A program made the translations under genes and the position numbers. DNA of 24,673 bases from Paraspadella gotoi (lineage: Eukaryota; Animalia; Chaetognatha): assembly GCA_051294375.1 (NCBI GenBank), contig JBJCIZ010000031.1, positions 1 to 24,673 on the forward strand. The letters run 5' to 3'. Shown here one piece after another: positions 19,801 through 24,673 of the stretch. The notes under the pieces are model-generated. The model saw only the letters and a list, made by a program, of their open reading frames with translations, did not search any database and was not told the origin of the DNA. Each line of letters opens with the position of its first letter. Within the stretch, counting starts at the first letter, position 1.

Positions 19801-21498
19801 CCAGACAAACCACTGAATCATGAGCGAACTTACATTTAGATGGGTTAAGTTTGAGGCCAGCGCCTTCAAGGGCTGTCAGACTTGATCAAGATGTCGCAGA
19901 TGATCCTCCATGTTATTATCTGCAACCAGTATATCATCCATATAGCTAATCACGTGTTGCGGGGAAGACCACGCAAAACCAATTGCATAAGAGAACTTAG
20001 ACAACTTGGTGAATTCTTGGCTCCCATCGGGGCAACTTGATATTCCAAATGCATGGATTCAGTCGAAAAGGCAAAGAATTTTCGATCATCTGGATGGATT
20101 GGTATCTGCCAAAATCCTTTTGTAAGATCCATCGAACTAAAGAATCTAGGGTTGTCTAAACGCTGGATAGAATCCTCAATCCTTGGTAGAGGATAAACGA
20201 CTTTATTACATCGTTCATTAACTCTCCTAAAATCTGTGAGGAAACGCCAGCCACCAGATTTCATTTTGACTAACAAAATCGGTGCTGAATAGGGACTCGT
20301 TGAATGACTGAGTAAGCCATCTGCAATCATTTCAAATGCTTGTTTATCTATACTTCTCTCATTTCAGGTCTAGTACGATATGGAGGCACCGCAATTGGCG
20401 GAGCATTCTCATCCTTGAGATTGGCCCGATATGAATGAGGTTTGTTCTTCATAATCTCTATTATGCTTAGAGAAGGCTTTTGCATGCTTATTTTCTAACA
20501 AATCTTTAAGCCTTTCCTTATATGGGAGGGCATCTTCAGAGAGCCCAGAATAATCTAAAGATAATTTCTTTGCACCAGGAGGAATATCGTCCTCTGAAGT
20601 GGGTTGCACTTCGGGCACGGTTTTAGGAACAGGTTTGGGTGGAGGATCGACTTCAATGTCCTCTAAGTCACTCTCATTATCCGTAATATCCTCTGCCGAA
20701 TCGTAAGCGGAATCGCTGCTTGTATAAGAGCAAAACATATCAGTTTTGATAGAACAGTTATGAAGAATCATCATCTGAAAACTCAGCATATCCCAGGACA
20801 TGTCCAGCTTCCAATTTCAAACTTACTGGGCTACAATTCATTATCTCTGTCATGAATCTGCCATCCTCGACATGCGAGCAGGCTCTACAGGCCCAAACAT
20901 GCCCATGGCATTGGAATGGGTCGGTTACCACGGTTTTAGACGCACGTGACACATGTTCACTGTCAAGCTTAAGCTCGGCATCAAGGTGCATTTGGACATA
21001 CCCGGTATAACTGTGTCTTCAGGGACTTGGTAATAACAACCAGAGATTTGATGCGAGTCTTCTATTAGAGGCACAGATTCATTATTAGGAATTTAAGGCG
21101 CCCCTCAGAAGGGCACAATGAGGCAGAATATTTGCTAAAGAAATCCCATCCTAAAATGATGGGCTGCACTAACCCTTTAACTACTCTACAATTCATGCGA
21201 AGATAAGTATTATTTAATCTAAATTTTACATTAACTATCCCGATAGTCAACACTTTGTGCCATTAATGGCTTTACCACGAGATGTGAATGGACGAAAATT
21301 GTCATCCTTGAGTTTTGGGTTCTCTCTTAAAAATTCTTCACTAATACAGCTTTTTGTACAACCAGTATCACCAAGAGTGGTGATATATTTACCATTGACC
21401 CTGATCATAAACTCAGCTTTCCATTTGGGCTTAACATCAGGGGTCACACCTTCCTCGATCTCTGCTTGACCCATAGCAGGATCGGCCTTCAGTTTCCC
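16886..21498 (-). pseudogene. pol: Pol of element B with several 1-bp frameshifts in PR/RT; late RT, RNase H and IN are open (16886-19813)
   Basis: LGDTGC, SMDLTKGFWQI, SDAS, TDHRPL, CRIC, SDNGGEF, VERQNR, WRGP; 10-N gap at 17968-17977. Confidence 0.95.
21456..21498 (-). promoter_or_regulatory. -1 frameshift signal of element B
   Basis: GGGAAAC (21498-21492), TGA, stem CGATCCTGCT/AGCAG-A-GATCG. Confidence 0.88.
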
Positions 21499-22694
21499 GA
21501 CTGATTCTCGTAAGTAGAAGAATCCTTACCTTTCGATTTAGCCTTCTTCCTCTCTTTCATAAAGCACTTGATAGCCTCCTCGTCACTTTCATTGAAGTCG
21601 CTTTCCTCGGATGAAAACGCAGACCTATAGCGATCACGGCTTTGACTTTGGTAGCGCGAGCCGCGGCGGTCGTCTCGACGGGCAGAGCCTTGATAATCCC
21701 TACGATCGTAACGGCGATCGTCACGGCGATCATCCCGACGATCGTCGCGGTATCTGTCGGTGCGGCGATCATATCTGCCCCTATCGCGACGATCATAACT
21801 GTTACTCCTGCCGCGAGCAAAGTCGCGCCCGTAAGATTGGCGTCCTTGATCGCGACCGCGATTCTCACGACCAGAATCTGAGGAATAGGAAGGACTACGA
21901 GCCGGAGGGGAACCGCGAAATGTAGAATCTTGGTCCCTACGACTCCTACCATAATTATCACGAGGTTTATCATCTTCCCTTCCAGATTTTTCTTTCTTGC
22001 TTTCTCTCACCTCTGCAGTGAGATTATCCATTCTCGTTACCATGCCAGCCATCAGCCTCTCAAGCTGGGCAACCCGGTCGTCAGACATGGATGCTCCAGT
22101 AAAGGAGACATTTTTCCCTTTACCTTCGTCATCATCTTCCTGAGTCAACTGCACCCGCAAAGCGATATTTTTAGCTTCTTCAATGGTTCTCTTATCTTCT
22201 CCACAACCAATATCTATGGCATCACGGTAAGGTTTGGGCAGGGCCATTCTGAACCGAAAGAAAAGCTCGCGCGCTTTGCCTTCAGGATTTAGAGCCTTAT
22301 CATGTTTCTTGACTTTTCTGGCAATGCGAGCAGCAAGTTTGTGGAAGGATTCCTTGCCATTCCATTTGATAGTAGACTTTTTAGCTTGCCAACGGTATTC
22401 TTCCTGAGGGTCATAGAATAGTCTTATCATTTCTGCTTTAATTTCAGGGTAGACTGTTTCAGTCTTTTGTTTATAAATTTCCCTTGCTGTTTCATCCAAT
22501 TTCAAAGGAAGCCAATGGAGGAATTTCTCGTTCTTTCTTTCAACTGTGGATGGGTTTGTGGCCAAAACCACAGCACTCTCGAAAAGTTCGATCCATTCCT
22601 CGAAATCATCATTTTCCGAATCAAATTTGTCCACAGGGACAGAAGAAACAGCCTTGTCGCATCGATCACCACGATCATCTCGGGCAGTAGCCAT
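21489..22694 (-). CDS. gag: Gag (401 aa), Arg/Asp-rich tail
   Basis: Intact ORF homologous to 3131-4384; both end QSGN*. Confidence 0.9.
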   Translation of the reverse strand: MATARDDRGDRCDKAVSSVPVDKFDSENDDFEEWIELFESAVVLATNPSTVERKNEKFLHWLPLKLDETAREIYKQKTETVYPEIKAEMIRLFYDPQEEYRWQAKKSTIKWNGKESFHKLAARIARKVKKHDKALNPEGKARELFFRFRMALPKPYRDAIDIGCGEDKRTIEEAKNIALRVQLTQEDDDEGKGKNVSFTGASMSDDRVAQLERLMAGMVTRMDNLTAEVRESKKEKSGREDDKPRDNYGRSRRDQDSTFRGSPPARSPSYSSDSGRENRGRDQGRQSYGRDFARGRSNSYDRRDRGRYDRRTDRYRDDRRDDRRDDRRYDRRDYQGSARRDDRRGSRYQSQSRDRYRSAFSSEESDFNESDEEAIKCFMKERKKAKSKGKDSSTYENQSGN

Positions 22695-23631
22695 AATTAT
22701 TTAAGAGTAGCAATAAAAGGTGTAAACAATTCTTAAAATATGATCCTCGACTTATTGTAAATGGGTAAAAGGTATAAAATTTGTAAAATTTAAAACGAAG
22801 CGGAAGTAAAATGTTGAATATCAAAGCTTGTAAAATCAAATAAAAAGTTCAATAAAACAATAAAAAAGTCTTTGGGGGCAGAGGTGTTGGGTACAGGTTT
22901 TATCGCATCTTGCATCGAAGATTATAAAGAATAACCAACTCGTTCAAGGCAATCTAAGCAGAGTACAATCTCATTGAACTGATTCGCCAGGAGCCAGACA
23001 GAGCCAGCTCCCTTTCTTGTCGCTGAGAAGTGAGCTCAATACTCAACTAGGATAAAACTCCAAACTATTGGTAAGGAAATTTTGTGGGTACCGCGGATTT
23101 TTATGGGGGCTTGGGGTAGCACCAAGCTAGGAGCAGCGGCGAATTTGCTGAAAGCCAGGTGGAGTCGTGCCACACGAGGGAGGTAGCCAAGCCCGTCTCC
23201 CTCCGACTTCAAAAGGGTGAGCCTCATTGGATCTCAGAGCCACGTCGTCCAGACCTTGTTGCGCAACATGGTGAGAAAGACTTTGGAGATACACGTCGTT
23301 TATACTGGCACAAAGTGAAGAACTGCACGAATCCCTCCTTGGGCCAACCAAGTTTTCAGCACTACGAAGTCCTCTTCCGCAGCAAGATCCAGGCGAAACT
23401 CAATGAATGAAAACAAATGAAAAGACTAGAGTCTTCACAGCAATGCCAAACCCAATGGCTATCACAATGGCAGAACTGCTGATGGATTTTTGTGGTCTAA
23501 AATCTGCAGAACCTCAGAAAACGTCAAAATAGACCAAAAGACGGTGAGGCAGCACTCCAAAGGAGAGGAGTGGCAACATTGTTGACACACTCGCGGATCA
23601 AAACCACCACACGGAGGCATGGCAAAAAGGA

Positions 23632-23641
23632 CGATGCACCA
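23632..23641 (-). promoter_or_regulatory. Primer-binding site, tRNA-Gly(GCC), 10 nt
   Basis: TGGTGCATCG 1 nt after the LTR end, then diverges (TCCTTTTT). Confidence 0.88.
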
Positions 23642-23642
23642 C

Positions 23643-24078
23643 TGTTAGGGGCAAACCTTGCGGACGCCCTAACGGGTCGATGGGTGGCTGCAGACCAAAG
23701 GGGCAGCTTAAGAAGTCACAGCGTTGCTCGTATGCCACTAGACGCGGGCAGCAGGGCGTCAACAGTTTCACTACCCAGAGTCATACTCCTGTATATAATA
23801 TATATCAAGAGAGAAACACAATGGATCAGTAGTCACTAATCAAACATGAAGAAGTACAAGTACCCAACACCTCTGCTATAAAATAATAATCATTAACTCA
23901 TGATAGCTGAGGGGAAAAATAGTAATGAATCAATTAAATAATTATCAATGACGAAAGAATGAATAATCAATGAATCTTTATTAAATAAGACAATCAATGA
24001 ATGAATTAAATTCACAAATGTTTATACGGATTTCCACAAAGTTCCAATCGAGATTCCACAAGAGTTTGTTCCTAGACA
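23643..24078 (-). repeat. 5' LTR of element B
   Basis: TGTCTAGGAAC...CCCTAACA on the minus strand followed by the PBS. Confidence 0.94.
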
Positions 24079-24673
24079 CGGACTGACAGAACAGACCCGA
24101 CTGAATGAGGAAAACGGAAGTCTGAATCCAATCTCGTATTTCGCTTTCTAAATTTCTAATGAAATTGGTAACAACCAATATAAAAAATTATCCATTCATT
24201 TAATAATTAAGCTATCTTGCCCCTGGCTTTGACAGGCCTTTGGTGGTTTATAATCCTCCATCACTCTTACAAGATAATACATAGCAGGTACCTGCAAGCT
24301 TCAATCAAGCTCTCTAACCAGTCTCGTTTATTCACTTTCCTAATCAATGAAGTGGTTAATAATTTCAAAGAATGTTTCAATTGTATAAAAAGACCACTCC
24401 CTAAGTATTAGATTTATTAATGTATTGTCCACAGACTGAGAAAGATCGTCAGAATGTTTTTTTTTCATGTGTGGAAAGATTTTTTCCAGAAATTCTGTTA
24501 TTTATTATTTATTATTCTGTTATTTTTTTGGTCTCTCTCATTTTGCCAATAAATTATCTCTGTTTTGTCTCGGGAAGAATACAAATAAAAACCAATAAAA
24601 ATTTATAGAAAATTCTTAAAATGCGACCAGTATCTGTGTAGGAAGGAACTTTTGAATACAACCAAAGAATGAG

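Larger units (their letters stand above)
14332..24078 (-). mobile_element. Ty3/Gypsy LTR retrotransposon (element B), sister family of A, 3'-truncated within ORF3
   Basis: 5' LTR, PBS, gag, pol and ORF3 collinear with element A; no PPT or direct 3' LTR. Confidence 0.95.

Noticed and set aside
19880-21260. Multiple programmed frameshifts in element B pol
   Set aside because: Scattered 1-bp deletions relative to A with no slippery sites; decay or sequencing error.
13888-24078. DIRS-like or DNA-transposon inverted terminal repeats
   Set aside because: The element has a DDE integrase, its sister A has direct LTRs, and ORF3 is cut mid-domain at the junction.
24079-24673. Host gene or exon in the right flank
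   Set aside because: Only short ORFs with no recognisable motifs.

Overview
Eukaryotic (probably invertebrate animal) DNA occupied almost entirely by two related Ty3/Gypsy LTR retrotransposons lying tail-to-tail. Element A (+, 168-13435) is complete, with TG...CA LTRs, a TATT target-site duplication (TSD), a tRNA-Gly primer-binding site (PBS) and a polypurine tract. It carries a nested 1.55-kb TIR element in its leader and a 6x75-bp tandem array in its 3' LTR. Element B (-, 24078 down to about 14332) is 3'-truncated and capped by an inverted copy of its own LTR that ends in a perfect 18-nt tRNA-Gly complement. Both elements have gag, a -1 frameshift signal and PR-RT-RNaseH-IN pol. In the env position both carry a large third ORF with a DEDDy (WRN/Mut-7/EXD-like) 3'-5' exonuclease whose catalytic residues are intact, followed by a helical domain and, in A, what looks like a second, dead exonuclease fold. 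Comparing the two copies also reveals conserved cis-RNA elements, including a leader-LTR complementarity. Many 1-bp indels and a 10-N gap suggest that some frameshifts are sequencing or assembly artefacts.
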